NCBI GenBank assembly: GCA_040285855.1
Contig: JAUFOQ010000004.1
Location: 496,001 to 560,000 of the forward strand
Length of the DNA: 64,000 nucleotides
From: Eukaryota sp. GEM-RC1
Taxonomy: Eukaryota
Direction: 5' to 3'
Part shown: piece by piece, positions 62,983-64,000 of the stretch
Layout of the letters: each line of letters starts with the position of its first letter
Position numbering within the stretch: position 1 is the first letter of the stretch
Translations under genes and position numbers: made by a program
The notes under the pieces: generated by a model
What the model saw: the letters and a program-made list of their open reading frames with translations, nothing else
What the model was told of the DNA's origin: nothing
Database searches by the model: none

Positions 62983-63042
62983 AGGCGCCAGAATTAGGTT
63001 CTGGAGGAGAAATCCACGCGGGTTCAATCTCCGTCGCTGTCA
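62983..63042 (+). pseudogene. tRNA-Leu(TAG) 3' two-thirds without a recognisable 5' acceptor strand or D arm
   Basis: Anticodon arm CCAGA-ATTAGGT-TCTGG, variable arm GGA-GAAA-TCC, T arm GCGGG-TTCAATC-TCCGT, CGCTGTCA end, oligo-T terminator. Confidence 0.7.
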
Positions 63043-63613
63043 TATATTTTTTTTCATTAATATTAGTTGAATTAAGAAATTAACCCAAAAGCCTTACTAA
63101 AATACTCGATTGTCTGTAAACTAAGCGGTATGCTTTCGAATGTTCCTCAATGATGATGTTTTGAACAATCAAATATCTAATTGATGTATATCATATGGTA
63201 GTTTAACTTTTTATATTACAAATATAGTATACCATCAGTATTGAAGGAGTGAATTTAAAGTAAGAGAAAAACATCATCTATTCATTACAGTTGTTGCTTC
63301 ACAGCATAAATTTTCCTGATCCTTGCTTCACAGTTAAGGCTCCAGGTCTGAGTCCTGTAATTGTACATGATCTTCGCTTCTATTATCAGTTAGAATCTCT
63401 CTCTGATTCAAGGAGTCCAGTTGCATTCCCTTTCTTCAACACGTTTTCCCTTCAAATCTTTTACAAGGGTTAGTTTCTAAGATAACTTGTGTTGGGCTTT
63501 GATGATTGGGTCTTCTGTTCTACTGATGCCAATTACGAACTATGTTACGATATCTCTGTGTAAATAATAGGTCTTTATCCAAAAATAAACAAAATAGAAT
63601 GGTACTAGTAGAG

Positions 63614-64000
63614 CAGGGATGTTAAAAAATATTTTTTTTATTTATTTATTGTCAACAGTTGGGTCTTTAATCTTAGTGAAGATTGTTAAAGAAAAAACAT
63701 CTAGGACCTTTGATCTTAGATTTTGGAAAAATCGAATCGTGTTTGCTATCTTTAAAGGTATGGTGACTTCTGTATCTAGCGCTTTATTATCTCTTGGCAG
63801 ACATTATGAAGATAAGGTAGGTGAAAATTTCCAGTTAGGCAATCTGGACTTTGAGAACATTGATTATTAGATGTATGTACACTGTAGTGTTGTTGTCAAT
63901 AAAACTTGTTATATTCAAAAAAAAGTTGCGTCACCAATATATGTATTGTCTCAATCGGCAATATTCAATAATATTGCAATATGTTTCAATATTGTGACAA
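63614..64000. mobile_element. Left part of an AATATT-repeat hAT-type MITE with a nested RLE retroelement 3' fragment (family D, ~63666-63923, +)
   Basis: CAGGGATG start; ORF FDLRFWKNRIVFAIFK...; AATAAA and A8 tail; near-TSD AGTTG(G/C)GTC. Confidence 0.7.

Overview
AT-rich nuclear DNA of a compact-genome, flagellated microbial eukaryote. It uses the standard genetic code, has tiny 28-35 nt spliceosomal introns and carries the cilium-associated genes CFAP119 and an ODF3/SHIPPO-repeat protein. A metamonad-like protist is plausible, but that is inference. Host genes: tRNA-Gly(GCC), two tandem Bax-inhibitor-1 family copies, a DAG-kinase-like gene, an FHA-RING E3, Trm7/FTSJ1, a ~14 kb giant secreted beta-helix/IPT/Cys-rich multi-pass membrane protein, cathepsin B (one full copy and one 3' partial), RPL27, an alpha/beta hydrolase, NADP-GDH, a transmembrane U-box protein, Nth1, a SNF2/BRM-type remodeller and a truncated Mps1-like kinase. 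The intergenic space is dense with nested mobile DNA. This includes an internally deleted hAT transposon, many hAT-type MITEs each with its own subterminal repeat word, pogo/Tc1-type and Mutator-type elements, several subfamilies of restriction-like-endonuclease (CRE-like) non-LTR retroelement 3' pieces with clean TSDs, and a decayed GIY-YIG ORF. Many otherwise intact genes carry +1/-1 frameshifts, almost all in homopolymers and most likely long-read assembly errors. The most notable candidates are: a 32-nt GT...AT intron in Trm7; fixed-length short retroelement derivatives with a conserved 3' stem-loop or a structured 5' leader; a 36-bp TIR-only element; and the giant adhesin/receptor-like gene. 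All calls come from reading the sequence by eye; no searches were run.
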